Origin: Candidatus Latescibacterota bacterium
Lineage (GTDB): Bacteria; Latescibacterota; UBA2968; UBA8231
NCBI GenBank assembly: GCA_036343635.1
Contig: JAYYVF010000055.1
Span: forward strand, 1 to 64,000
DNA length: 64,000 nucleotides
Direction of reading: 5' to 3'
Shown here: piece after piece, positions 18,906 through 29,500 of the stretch
How positions within the stretch are numbered: position 1 is the stretch's first letter
Layout of the letters: the number at the start of each line of letters is the position of its first letter
Translations under genes and position numbers: made by a program
The notes under the pieces: model-generated
Database searches by the model: none
Told to the model about the DNA's origin: nothing
The model's input: the letters and a program-made list of their open reading frames with translations, nothing else

Positions 18906-19405
18906 TGCGACCGATCCTTTAAGGCTCGCTCCACGTCACGGGCTGCCTGCCTCTCAGCTATCGCATGACGCTTGTCGTATTCTTTCTTTCCTTTGGCAAG
19001 TGCTAATTCGACCTTCGCACGACCTCGTATGAAATAAATACTGAGTGGCACCATTGTTAGGCCGCCCTGCTGAGTACGTCCAATCAATCGGCGAATCTCC
19101 CTACGGTTTAACAACAATTTCCTAGTCCGTTCGGGTGAATGATTATAATGCGTGCCAGCCTCGTAGGCACTGATGTGAGTACGGTGAAGATAAATCTCTC
19201 CTCGATCAACTGTAGCGTAACTATCTTTTAAGTTAGCTCTACCTGCACGCAGTGACTTCACTTCGGTTCCCGTAAGCACTATTCCGGATTCAATTACATC
19301 AATAATTTCATAATCATGCCGAGCTTTACGATTTTGAACAACAAGCTTCTTGCCATCTGAATGTTCTTTGCCACCGCGCTTTGCCATCAATAACCTCCAA
19401 AACAC
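18902..19405 (-). CDS. smpB: SsrA-binding protein SmpB
   Basis: 167 aa with SmpB signature ([10 protein letters not shown]...GTEVKSLR...) and a basic C-terminal tail. Confidence 0.9.
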   Translation of the reverse strand: MFWRLLMAKRGGKEHSDGKKLVVQNRKARHDYEIIDVIESGIVLTGTEVKSLRAGRANLKDSYATVDRGEIYLHRTHISAYEAGTHYNHSPERTRKLLLNRREIRRLIGRTQQGGLTMVPLSIYFIRGRAKVELALAKGKKEYDKRHAIAERQAARDVERALKDRSQ

Positions 19406-19442
19406 TTGACGCCAAAAGATTGGCCGATTAATTTGACCGCGT

Positions 19443-19528
19443 GCCGAAGTGGCGAAATGGTAGACGCGCTAGGTTCAGGACCTAGTGGGCATTAGCCCGT
19501 GGAGGTTCGAGTCCTCTCTTCGGCACCA
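19443..19528 (+). tRNA. tRNA-Leu (anticodon CAG), CCA encoded
   Basis: Cloverleaf: acceptor GCCGAAG/CTTCGGC, anticodon stem CTAGG/CCTAG with loop TTCAGGA, long variable arm TGGGCATTAGCCCGT, T-arm GGAGG TTCGAGT CCTCT, 3' ACCA. Confidence 0.85.
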
Positions 19529-19682
19529 TCTCGAAAGATTTTTTAAATCTATAGCATTCAAAATGCTACGCAAGCAAACATGTCACAACCAAGCTTTACC
19601 AATGATAAAACCAGTACAATAAGGCACCTCATCCGTAAGAAATATTAATATACGCCACCCAATTAAACGCAAGGAATATTCA

Positions 19683-20063
19683 ATGTCCCGCCTTTTACAT
19701 ACTCGTATTCGCGTCGGAAATTTGCAACGTAGTATGGATTGGTACTGCACTCACCTTGGATTTAAGGTACTGAGCCACACAGACCAATCACCAGCTGGAA
19801 ATCATGTCGCTCATCTTGAATTACCAGGGAATGACCACACATTAGAATTAACATGGTCTGAAGATTATGAACTTAATGTTCCCGAAGACCTTATGCACCT
19901 AGCCATTTCCGTACCCGATCTAATTGGGTATTGCAATATTTTAGAACAAAATGGCATTGATATTTGGCCTGGAGATTGGCGTAAAACTTTTCCGAATGGA
20001 CGAAAAATGGCATTCATAGATGATCCTGATGGTTATGAAATCGAACTGTTAGAGGACAAATAA
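19683..20063 (+). CDS. Glyoxalase/VOC family protein (lactoylglutathione lyase-like)
   Basis: 126 aa with GloA-like start MSRLLHTRIRVGNLQRSMDWYCTHLGFK and C-terminal GYEIEL. Confidence 0.75.
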   Translation: MSRLLHTRIRVGNLQRSMDWYCTHLGFKVLSHTDQSPAGNHVAHLELPGNDHTLELTWSEDYELNVPEDLMHLAISVPDLIGYCNILEQNGIDIWPGDWRKTFPNGRKMAFIDDPDGYEIELLEDK

Positions 20064-20156
20064 AACCTCAGAGATATTACTTGTTCGTTCGAAAAACAAC
20101 AATATCTCATATCACCTTAGATGCGTCTTGTAGGTTAAACCAAAGCATAACGCGCT

Positions 20157-20786
20157 TTACTCGGACGTTTGCACCGCTTGAATTGTTAACTGGACGTCAA
20201 CCGCATCACTCAAAACGCCGGCTTTATCAGGCCAATTGTTTACCCCATAATCTGAACGCTGAATCACCGTGTCAGCAGAAAAACCGATCACTTGTTTCTG
20301 TTTGTAGGGATGCACACCTTTGCCTAGGAAACGTACCGGTAACTTAATTATCTTTGAAACACCATGCATCGTAAATTCTCCTTCCACTCGAAGAATATCC
20401 TCTTTGAGGCCACCAACAGAAACAGCGTCTTCAACTAATTCGGCCTTACTGCTACGGAATGTTATAATTGGGTATTTTTCAACATTCAAAAAATCATCAG
20501 ATCTAAGGTGTCCGTCCCGTTTAACATTGTCTGTATCGATACTGTTTGCTTGAATTGTGGCCCGAATCTGTATTTTTTCAGGATTTTCTACATCGTATAC
20601 GATTTCTCCAGAAAAGGCATGAAAATTACCACCCGTATTACTCACAAGGTAACGTATACTGAAGGAAACATTGGAATGTTCTGAATCGATTTTGTATACA
20701 ACCGCACCAACATTACAAATGGAGAATAGAAAGGTAAATACTAAACATAATTGAAAACGGTGCGACATCAGACTACTCCTTATCAA
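20157..20786 (-). CDS. YceI family periplasmic protein
   Basis: 209 aa with a signal peptide and YceI-like beta-barrel motifs (YKIDSEHSNVSFSIRYL...). Confidence 0.8.
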   Translation of the reverse strand: MIRSSLMSHRFQLCLVFTFLFSICNVGAVVYKIDSEHSNVSFSIRYLVSNTGGNFHAFSGEIVYDVENPEKIQIRATIQANSIDTDNVKRDGHLRSDDFLNVEKYPIITFRSSKAELVEDAVSVGGLKEDILRVEGEFTMHGVSKIIKLPVRFLGKGVHPYKQKQVIGFSADTVIQRSDYGVNNWPDKAGVLSDAVDVQLTIQAVQTSE

Positions 20787-20882
20787 AAATTAATTTTAAA
20801 AAAATCTGCCATTGCAAATATTGTTTTTTTACATTGCTATTCTATGGGGGCAATAAATTTAACCTCATCAGACTTTGTAGCA

Positions 20883-22031
20883 TTAATTTTTCTTCTTGGA
20901 ATCAGAAGCTTCATTAACAAGTTTCATCAACTCAGCAAAAAGTTTTTGTGTCCACGAGGGAAGGCCTCTTACTCGATCAGGATGAAGTGTCTTGGCAAAC
21001 CGCCTTCGGGAAGTTGCCATAGCCTCCCCGCCAACATCAGCAGAATCAACGCCTAACAATTTCTCAGAAGACATCGCCCGCAGAACATCTAAGTCCCAAA
21101 CGGATGCTGTTTTTGACTCATTTTTTGCCAAAACAACAGCCATTTCTCTCAGACGTCGCTCAAGCTTAACATGATCACGTTGCAAAACTTCCAGAGCGCG
21201 TTGTAACTCCATTACTTTACGCTGTGCTCCAATACGATCACTACGTTCTTGACGTAATTTTTCCCCATTTTCACGTTCAGTGGTCAACTGTCGGCTAACA
21301 GTTGTCCGCTCTTCATCAGACTTTCTTAAACGTGCATGTGCTCGTTCCGCACGATCTTCTGCAAATTCTAAGTCCGCCTCAAACTGTTTTAACACTTTCT
21401 CATGTTCTGCTCGCAGTCTATTTACAACTGATATATCAACTGTTTCTGCAACGTCAACAAATTCTGGGTGGACATCTCGAATCAAATCCATTACCTGCTG
21501 AAGCGCACCTTTGTAATTATCGTCGTATTCATCCAATTCCCCTGACACCCTGATCGTAGAGATTTCTCTGAACCATGATTCATGTTTTTTGTACATTTCC
21601 TTCAGAACTAACAGATGGGCCGCACGCTCTTGTTTGGGACGCTTTAGATCAGTTATCTTCAAATACAATTGAAGCCTATTGGGAAGCTTCGGATAAAAAA
21701 CATCATTAGGATTTTCAGTCTCCAAAACTTCCCATTCGCCAATCATTAGTTCGCAAAAAACCAATTCGAGTGCATTGCCTTGCTCTACAACTGAGTACAC
21801 TTTTTCACCTAATACAGCCCTGGATAGCCGAATCGCAAAGTCGCTTGACACCTTACCAGATTTAACATCTTTCTCATAGGAAAAAAACCGTTTTAAATGA
21901 CGAACCGTTTGATCCTCTATCGACCTCTCTAATTCAACTGCCACGTTAGTTTCCAAAATATTACTCTCTCTCCTTGGGCATACTCTGGCAACCGATGTAA
22001 TAGTGAATGAAATCCCGGACAGTCCGACCAC
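20883..22031 (-). CDS. Coiled-coil protein with C-terminal J-domain (DnaJ-like HPD motif)
   Basis: 382 aa. Long heptad-like charged region (RAEHEKVLKQFEADLEFAEDRAERAH...KLERRLREM). C-terminal ...RRRFAKTLHPDRVRGLPSWTQKLFAELMKLVNEA matches J-domain helix II-HPD-helix III. The start is uncertain because the GTG overlaps the upstream ATPase by 71 nt. Confidence 0.55.
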   Translation of the reverse strand: MVGLSGISFTITSVARVCPRRESNILETNVAVELERSIEDQTVRHLKRFFSYEKDVKSGKVSSDFAIRLSRAVLGEKVYSVVEQGNALELVFCELMIGEWEVLETENPNDVFYPKLPNRLQLYLKITDLKRPKQERAAHLLVLKEMYKKHESWFREISTIRVSGELDEYDDNYKGALQQVMDLIRDVHPEFVDVAETVDISVVNRLRAEHEKVLKQFEADLEFAEDRAERAHARLRKSDEERTTVSRQLTTERENGEKLRQERSDRIGAQRKVMELQRALEVLQRDHVKLERRLREMAVVLAKNESKTASVWDLDVLRAMSSEKLLGVDSADVGGEAMATSRRRFAKTLHPDRVRGLPSWTQKLFAELMKLVNEASDSKKKN

Positions 22032-23379
22032 CTATGAGATCATGATTGTGCCGCATTCTCCATTTATTAAATTCACTAAAAAGTATCTCATCTGAAACAA
22101 CACCGAACCTCTTAGCATAAGATCTAACCATAGATTGATACATAGATTTTGTTGGGAGATCTATAAAAACCTTTAGTGCGAACCTATCATCGAGAGCACG
22201 TAATTCATCTATCCTCTGGTTTTGCTGAGGATCATAGACTGATGGACGAACACTTTGGGGAATTTGTGTATTAGTGTTTTCCTCCATCTGCATAAGACCG
22301 AGGCCTTGGCCCAAGGCGCCTTCTCGATCCACTAGGTCTTTAAAATTCGATGTAGCATAAAAAAGTAAATTTTCTGGAGGCTTCTCCAGTCCGCCTTCCA
22401 TCGCTCTCGATAAATCACGAACCTTATCATCACCACGGTTAAGAGAAATATTATCCAAAACTCCAATAAATCTTTCTCCTGTTTCCCTAATTGAAGAATA
22501 AATTCGGTTAATATATCCATAGTCGGCCGAAGTGATTTCAACAGCGCGAAGCCTGCGTGACTGATATTTTGAAACAAGACCTCTAATCAACGACGATTTC
22601 CCCCCACCACGAGGTCCCCAGACTAAAACATTTTGAGCAGGTAACCCAGCAAGAAAACGCTCTGTATTGTCAATTATTGTCTTCAAACGATCATCATTGC
22701 CCTCTATCCAACTTAATTCAAAAGAATCGAATGAAGGAATTGGCTTGAGAATGCGCGGTGAATTCACATCAATAGAGAATGCAGTCACCTCCCGAAACGG
22801 AGGCAAACCATATTGATAAATATAATCACCCAGATTTATCACAGAGTCCGACCACGGCTTTTCTCGTAACCGAACGAGTAATTTATCGAGTGACTTCGAC
22901 CTGGGCGTTTCCCTCATTTCATTTTCAGCAAACAACAAATCTCGCGTAAACTTCAAACTCCTCGGGCAAAGTTGATTGATTGTATCGATCCAGTCCGTAT
23001 GAGCCCATATTTCTACCACGCCCAATTGCCTGACAAAGGTATTTTTTAAGGCCGAAGAAACATCCTGCGGGCGCCTCCGTTGGCAAGCAGACAAAAATGG
23101 GTGATCAGAAGACAGTAATTTAGTAAGAAACCACCCATACATACCTGGACCATGATCTTCCGTGGATTGAACCAGATCAGAAACAGATTGGTCATATAAA
23201 TCGTAAAAAGCACCCACAAGATGTCCGCATACTCCCTTCGAACATCCTTTATCTCCATGCGCACACATCGCGTTAATGAGCGATTCAACCAGACAAAAAT
23301 CGCGTTCGGCTAACAATCTGTTCCCAGAAGTCAAGTAAAGTGATTCAACCAGAATTTCGATATTATCTTTCAACGCCAT
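21961..23379 (-). CDS. P-loop NTPase (DUF815-like AAA-type ATPase family), function unknown
   Basis: 472 aa. Walker A VWGPRGGGKSSLIRGL, Walker B-like FIGVLDNIS. About 250 aa N-terminal domain without a recognisable motif. Confidence 0.6.
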   Translation of the reverse strand: MALKDNIEILVESLYLTSGNRLLAERDFCLVESLINAMCAHGDKGCSKGVCGHLVGAFYDLYDQSVSDLVQSTEDHGPGMYGWFLTKLLSSDHPFLSACQRRRPQDVSSALKNTFVRQLGVVEIWAHTDWIDTINQLCPRSLKFTRDLLFAENEMRETPRSKSLDKLLVRLREKPWSDSVINLGDYIYQYGLPPFREVTAFSIDVNSPRILKPIPSFDSFELSWIEGNDDRLKTIIDNTERFLAGLPAQNVLVWGPRGGGKSSLIRGLVSKYQSRRLRAVEITSADYGYINRIYSSIRETGERFIGVLDNISLNRGDDKVRDLSRAMEGGLEKPPENLLFYATSNFKDLVDREGALGQGLGLMQMEENTNTQIPQSVRPSVYDPQQNQRIDELRALDDRFALKVFIDLPTKSMYQSMVRSYAKRFGVVSDEILFSEFNKWRMRHNHDLIGGRTVRDFIHYYIGCQSMPKERE

Positions 23380-23538
23380 ACACCCTAATCAATTACTACA
23401 CATTTAAGATCTTTTAATAATTAATGTTCCACTAATCCTAAAATATTCGTTGTGAAAGACCCAACAAACTCAACTTGTCTATATCTCTAAATTTGGCTAT
23501 TCTCCCGTTACGAGCCAACCATTTTAAAAATACTCAAT

Positions 23539-24792
23539 TTGAGTTCAGGTAACAAAGGCCAGTTTATGCGTAAAATAGCTTTACATTGGCAAATCATGAT
23601 TGCACTTGTAGGCGCAGTTATTGCCGGATCTATTTTTGGAGATTACGTACAACGAATCGATTTCATTGGCACGCTGTTTATCAAAGCGTTAAAAATGATC
23701 ATTGTTCCACTAATAGGCACTTCAATCATTACCGGAATCGCCAGCATCGGCCAAACAGGAAATATTGGCCGTCTCGGTGGCCGCACGTTCGCCTACTACA
23801 TTTCCAGTAGCCTCCTAGCAATTGTTGTTGGCCTTGCACTTGTCAATGCTATACGCCCCGGAGATGGTGCGGACCTCGGCTTACAGCAAAAACCGGATAA
23901 ACTCGAAGAATCAGTATCCAAATTCGGAGACACACCAGGAGATGCCGTTGAACGCTTGCTTTTAGATGTAGTGCCGAGCAATCCCTTTCATGCGTTGTCT
24001 GAAGGTATAATCCTACAGGTGATTCTATTTTGCCTACTCTTCGGCTATTTTACCACACGCTTAGAACCGGAACATAGAGACCCAATTCTTGGATTTTTTA
24101 ATTCTGCTTTTGGCGTTATGATGAGAATGACCCAATTTATTATCTCTTTTGCACCAATCGGTATATTCGCCTTGGTCTCAAATACGGTAGCAAAGACAGG
24201 TATTGACGCATTCGCAAATCTAGGTCTATATGCCTTCACCGTAGTTATAGCGCTCGTTGTGCATGCCTGTCTAACTTTGCCAGCACTCATGTATTTAGCC
24301 GCGGGTATTAACCCTGTAAAGCACATCAAAGCAATGGCTCCTGCATTATTAACTGCATTTTCGACAAGCTCTTCCTCGGCCACCCTACCGCTCACCCTGC
24401 AATCCTTAGAGCGTCGCGCCGGGGTATCCAATAAAGTTTCAAGCTTTGTTGCACCTCTCGGAGCTACCATTAATATGGACGGTACGGCTTTATATGAGTG
24501 TATAGCGGCTATGTTTATTGCCCAAGCATACGGCATTGAACTAAGCGCTATGCAACAAGGTCTTGTGGTCATAACAGCTCTACTGGCTTCTATAGGAGCA
24601 GCTGGAATCCCGATGGCAGGGTTGGTAATGCTCTCAGTAATTCTGACAGCCGTCGGTCTCCCTTTGGAGGGCCTAGGAATTATCCTGGCGGTGGATAGGA
24701 TTCTCGACATGTGCCGGACCACGGTAAATGTCTGGAGTGACTCTACCGGAGCGGCAATTGTAGCCCAAAAAAGCGGTGAGAGGTTATATTAA
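23539..24792 (+). CDS. Dicarboxylate/amino acid:cation symporter (DAACS, GltP-like)
   Basis: 417 aa. DAACS hallmark motifs are present, including SSSSATLPLT and AxxNMDGTALYE. Confidence 0.85.
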   Translation: MSSGNKGQFMRKIALHWQIMIALVGAVIAGSIFGDYVQRIDFIGTLFIKALKMIIVPLIGTSIITGIASIGQTGNIGRLGGRTFAYYISSSLLAIVVGLALVNAIRPGDGADLGLQQKPDKLEESVSKFGDTPGDAVERLLLDVVPSNPFHALSEGIILQVILFCLLFGYFTTRLEPEHRDPILGFFNSAFGVMMRMTQFIISFAPIGIFALVSNTVAKTGIDAFANLGLYAFTVVIALVVHACLTLPALMYLAAGINPVKHIKAMAPALLTAFSTSSSSATLPLTLQSLERRAGVSNKVSSFVAPLGATINMDGTALYECIAAMFIAQAYGIELSAMQQGLVVITALLASIGAAGIPMAGLVMLSVILTAVGLPLEGLGIILAVDRILDMCRTTVNVWSDSTGAAIVAQKSGERLY

Positions 24793-24797
24793 TATAT

Positions 24798-24840
24798 AAA
24801 CATAAATAACTGTGATACATAATTTTATGTTTTTTTATTT
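24798..24840 (+). terminator. Weak AT-rich hairpin plus T-tract after the transporter gene
   Basis: AAACATAAA / TTTATGTTT stem followed by TTTTTTATTTTTTG. The low-GC stem makes this tentative. Confidence 0.3.
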
Positions 24841-25477
24841 TTTGAGAAAATCTGAAAGTCAACTCAAGGATTTAGAGACGGTTTTAGCTTCAACTTTAAT
24901 TGATTCTCCATATCTCTTGCCTGCGTTCCGTCTTCGGCGACGCAATAAGTGAAAGAACACCGCTTTTGTTTATACTTGTGACAAGCTGCTTTGGCTTCCC
25001 GCGGATGAGTGATACGGTTCTTAGGAACAAATTGAACTCTATCTAAGAATAAATATCGGGGCAAACATATTCACAATTTGCCCCGTTGAATGATCCTTCA
25101 ATCTGTTCCTAAGACTACCATTCCCATTACCCCAGCCATTCCAAGATATATAACTTCCTCCAAGTAGTAGATCACATCCACACCAGCTTTGGCAGGGACA
25201 TCATCCCATACCGTCTCAGAGAATTTTAAGCGTTCCACCTAAGATATGCACTTGTGACCACTGCTGAGTAGTTGCGAGAGAATCCGAAAAAAGAAGCTTA
25301 GTCACCATATCATCTCCATCATTTTGACAGCATGAAACTAAAAAGCCCCCTGTAGAAAACCAAGAAGATATCGGATCTAACAATCGTTATGTTGATTTAG
25401 AAGAGTTTCTAAACAAGGAAAAATCTAAATTACAACGCGAATGGCATTGAGGGTGAAACATAGCGAAACATTTCCCT

Positions 25478-25523
25478 TTTTCAACCAAAAACAACCACCT
25501 ACAAGTTAATGTAAGTGGTTGTT
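25478..25523 (-). terminator. Hairpin terminator downstream of tRNA-Arg
   Basis: 9-bp stem AACAACCAC/GTGGTTGTT with a 16-nt loop. A T-tract on the minus strand sits immediately 3' of the tRNA. Confidence 0.5.
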
Positions 25524-25527
25524 TTAA

Positions 25528-25604
25528 TGGCACTCCCGGCGCGATTCGAACGCGCGACCTATTGATTAGGAATCAATTGCTCTATCCTACTGAGCTACGG
25601 GAGC
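25528..25604 (-). tRNA. tRNA-Arg (anticodon CCT), CCA encoded
   Basis: Minus-strand reading GCTCCCGTAGCTCAGTAGGATAGAGCAATTGATTCCTAATCAATAGGTCGCGCGTTCGAATCGCGCCGGGAGTGCCA. Anticodon loop TTCCTAA, T-loop TTCGAAT. Confidence 0.85.
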
Positions 25605-25797
25605 TTCTGTAATTTTTGCGGCAATATTAAATCACCCCAAAAAATGAAATCCTCAAGTCGCTTTTATTAAAGTTTCAAAAATTTAAAGGAGTCACTTCAG
25701 AGAAAAATATCAATAAATCTGAATTGGCACAAAACACTTCTGTGTCTACTTGCTGATATAAAAATACAGAGATTAAAAAAAAAAATTTTCAGATGAG

Positions 25798-25823
25798 TTG
25801 ACAGCAGAAAATTGTGCTATACC
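25798..25823 (+). promoter_or_regulatory. Candidate promoter of the act/cox operon (TTGACA ... TATACC) with upstream A-tract
   Basis: TTGACA at 25798-25803 and TATACC at 25818-25823 with a short 14-nt spacer. A12/T4 tract at 25775-25790. Weak, and organism-specific promoter rules are unknown. Confidence 0.25.
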
Positions 25824-25830
25824 TTAGGAA

Positions 25831-25849
25831 TGTTACCCCACAAGTAACA
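25831..25849 (+). promoter_or_regulatory. Perfect inverted repeat TGTTAC-N7-GTAACA upstream of actA (candidate operator)
   Basis: Sequence tgttaccccacaagtaaca lies about 80 nt upstream of the actA ATG, just downstream of the candidate -10. Confidence 0.3.
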
Positions 25850-25926
25850 CCTGTTTTTCCCCACACGGCGTTTCCTCCACGGGTCTCATCGTGTCCTAAG
25901 ACAGAACTTTAAACAAAAGAACGTAG

Positions 25927-26583
25927 ATGGCTCAGATTTTTCCAGAAAGTGCCAACTGGGCGTCCAAAGCCAGTATTTTGGCTGGACTACTTTTGGCCGC
26001 GAGTGTGCTTGGTGTGCTTCTAAACATCAACCGAATTCACTACGTGAACCGTGTTAATATTCCCTTGGATCAACCCGTCCCCTTTAGCCATAAACATCAT
26101 GTTACGGGTCTAGGTATAGACTGTCGCTATTGTCATACCTCGGTAGAAAAGGGTGCCTTTGCCGGTATCCCTCCTACTGAAACGTGTATGACCTGTCACT
26201 CACAAATTTGGACTGAGGCTCCTATCCTTGAGCCTGTCAGAGCAAGCTGGCGGGACAATGAGCCTATTGAGTGGAATAGAGTTCATGACTTACCCGATTT
26301 TGTTTACTTCAACCATAGCATCCATTTGGCAAAAGGCGTAGGTTGTCAAACCTGTCATGGGCAAGTAGATCAAATGCCACTAATGTGGAAAGTAAACTCT
26401 TTAAATATGGAATGGTGCATCGAATGCCATAAAAATCCGGAGAGGTTCATTCGACCCAAAGATCAGGTTTATAGTATGACCTATAGGCCTCCTAGCAATC
26501 AAGAGGCATTAGGGAAGCAACTCGTAGCAGACTATGATATAAACACCCAACAATTACTAAACTGTTCGGTATGCCATCGATGA
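25927..26583 (+). CDS. actA: Alternative complex III subunit ActA (pentahaem cytochrome c)
   Basis: 218 aa with an N-terminal TM and five CxxCH motifs: CRYCH, CMTCH, CQTCH, CIECH, CSVCH. Confidence 0.85.
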   Translation: MAQIFPESANWASKASILAGLLLAASVLGVLLNINRIHYVNRVNIPLDQPVPFSHKHHVTGLGIDCRYCHTSVEKGAFAGIPPTETCMTCHSQIWTEAPILEPVRASWRDNEPIEWNRVHDLPDFVYFNHSIHLAKGVGCQTCHGQVDQMPLMWKVNSLNMEWCIECHKNPERFIRPKDQVYSMTYRPPSNQEALGKQLVADYDINTQQLLNCSVCHR

Positions 26584-29500
26584 CTGATAAAACAACCATG
26601 CGCAAAGATCTCGGGGGTCAGGAGATCAGTAGACAATTGAAAAACAGCAGTAGCCAGACCTACTGGAGCAGCTTAGAAGACCTATCGCGCACCGATGAAT
26701 TTGTAGAAATGGTAGGTAGGGAATTTCCAGAACAGGCTGACCAGTTGATGGATAGCGAAAGTCGACGGAATTTCCTGAAGCTTATGGGAGCATCCTTTGC
26801 CTTGGGTGGTCTTTCCGCATGCACTATCCAACCCCAAGAGAAAATCGTGCCACAGGTACGTGCACCGGAAGAATTGATTCCCGGCAAACCCTCGTATTTT
26901 GCCTCTGCTTATCCCGATCATGGCTATGGCTTTGGCGTTTTAGTCGAGAGCCATATGGGCCGCCCAACTCGGGTCGATGGCAATGTTGCCCATCCTGCGA
27001 GCTTAGGAGGTTCCTCTTCTGCTATGCAGGCCTCAATCCTAGATCTCTATGATCCGGATCGCTTACAGACCATTACGAATGCCGGGCGTCTGTCGACACC
27101 CTCAGTATTTTGGGAGCAATTAGATAAACAATTAAACGTACATTCTATGCAAGATGGCCAAAGCCTCCGTGTATTGATGCAAACTTCTACTTCTCCTACA
27201 GAAGCAGATTTATTAAGCGCAATTCAATCTCGATATCCTGGTTTTAAGTGGCATCAGTTCGAACCACACAACCGGGACAACTACTTCGAAGGTAGTGATA
27301 TAGCGTTCGGGAAACACTTGAATTGCGACTATGACTTTTCTAAAGCCAAGGTGATCTTTTCTTTTGACTCTGATTTCACGAGAAAAGGTTCAACAAACGC
27401 CCGGTATGCTAAACAATTTTCAGCTGCCCGAAAAGTAAGAGACGGTCAATCATCAATGAATCGCCTCTACATGGCCGAACCTTCCCCAACATCTACCGGT
27501 AGCTTAGCCGATCACCGTTGGGCAATGAACTCTGCTTCGATGGAAGTCTTGGCTTTACAAATTGCCAGAGCATTAAACGTCTCCTTCACAAGCCGGGGAA
27601 AATCAGAAAATGCCCTCCCGACTGAAATGGTTAGGGCGATCGCAGATGATTTGTTTGCCAACAAAGGTAAATCACTTGTTATTGCTGGGGAGTCCTGTAG
27701 TCCCGAATTACACGCTCTCGTTCATGCAATAAACAATAAACTTAAAAATGTCGGTTCAACAGTTTTCTATCGTACTCCGGTCGAAATCAGTTCGGAATCT
27801 CAGAAAACATCATTTGGCGAGCTGATTAAAGATATGAATAATGGCGATGTAAAATCGCTTATCGTCTTGGGCGGCAATCCACTCTTCCATGCACCGGTTG
27901 ATTCTGGTTTTGCTGATGCGTTTTCGAAAGTTGATTTCAGAGTTCACCTGACGTCTCATGTAAACGACACGTCAGAGCATTGCCATTGGCAGGTAGCTTC
28001 CTCACACTATTTGGAAGCCTGGGGAGATATTCGTGCCTTTGATGGTACCGTATCTATTATTCAACCTCTCATTAAACCTCTTTACAAATCTATTTCAAGG
28101 CTTGAACTTCTTGGATTCATGGCTGGGAAAGCAGGCCTCTCAGGTATAGAATTAGTCAAAAGACACTGGGAAACACATACGCTCGAGGCCAACTTTGCCA
28201 CGTTTTGGCGAAAAACTCTTCATGATGGCGTTATGGCAAATACCAAATTCGACGAATTAACGCCCAAGATTAATAACCTAAGACTTTCGGATCATTTTGG
28301 TATTCTCCTTGAGGAAGACCTCGTTGAATTACAATTACGTCCGGATCCTATGATTGATGATGGGCGTTTTTCCAACAACGGATGGCTCCAAGAGAGTCCC
28401 CGCCCGATTTCAAAGTTAACCTGGGATAACGCAGCTATTGTCAGTCCCAAAACGGCCGAGCGTCTGCGCCTAAAGAGTAACCACATGGCAGACCTTCGAT
28501 TAGGTGATTTGAGCCTAAAGCTACCTGTTTGGGTCCTTCCGGGGCAGGCCGAGAACGTCATCACGGTGCATACTGGATTCGGGCAACAAGGCTTCGGGCG
28601 GGTATCTAATGGTTCAGGTTTCAATGCCTACTTGTTAGCTACTACATCAAATCCCGACGGTAATGTGGGCCTCAAAGTAATCGCCTCATTCGACAAATAC
28701 GAATTGGCGTGCACGCAAGAACATTCCAAAATGACAGATGGCTATGAACGCATCGACGAACTCGGGACGGCCACCTTCGAAGACCGGAAATTAATCCGTG
28801 AGAGCACCTTCAAGGAATACAAACGCAATCCCGACTTTGCCCACGAGGGGGTCCACGATCCTCCCGATGACATGACCTTATATAATAGGAGTGATCACGA
28901 GTATGATGGATACGCTTGGGGTATGGTTGTTGACCTTGGTGTGTGCGGCGGCTGTAACGTCTGTGCCATAGCCTGTCAATCAGAGAATAATATTCCTGTC
29001 GTTGGAAAAGAGCAGGTACTAAACGGGCGAGAATTGTCCTGGATAAGAATTGACCGTTACTACAAAGGAGAAATTGAAAATCCGCGTATAGTTCACCAGC
29101 CCGTTACCTGCATGCACTGCGAAAATGCTCCTTGTGAGGTCGTTTGCCCTGTGGCCGCTACGGTTCATAGCAAAGAAGGCCTAAATGATATGATCTATAA
29201 TCGATGTGTGGGAACACGTTATTGCGCAAACAATTGCCCTTACAAAGTTAGACGATTTAACTTTTTGCAATATGCTAATAGAACATCCGAAAGTTTGAAA
29301 CTTCAGCGTAATCCAGATGTGACAGTTCGTTCGAGAGGGGTCATGGAAAAGTGCACTTATTGTGTACAACGAATCAATCAGGCCCGAATAGAATCGAAGA
29401 AGTCAGGGATTCCAATAAAAGACGGACAAATACAGACGGCCTGCCAACAGGCCTGTCCTTCAGATGCCATCATTTTCGGTGATATCAACGATCCAGCTAG

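Noticed and set aside
18902-19405. tmRNA (ssrA) next to smpB
   Set aside because: A scan for the tRNA-like 3' end and resume-codon tag region near smpB found only tRNA-Leu. No tmRNA signature is present in this window.
24045-24722. 225-aa ORF on the minus strand
   Set aside because: It is antisense to the well-supported DAACS transporter gene. It has no RBS or motifs, so it is a shadow ORF.
25528-25604. tRNA-Arg as an attachment site of an integrated element
   Set aside because: No integrase, recombinase, phage gene or direct repeat of the tRNA 3' end was found within the flanking 5 kb. Only a gene-poor stretch is present, reported separately as low-interest.
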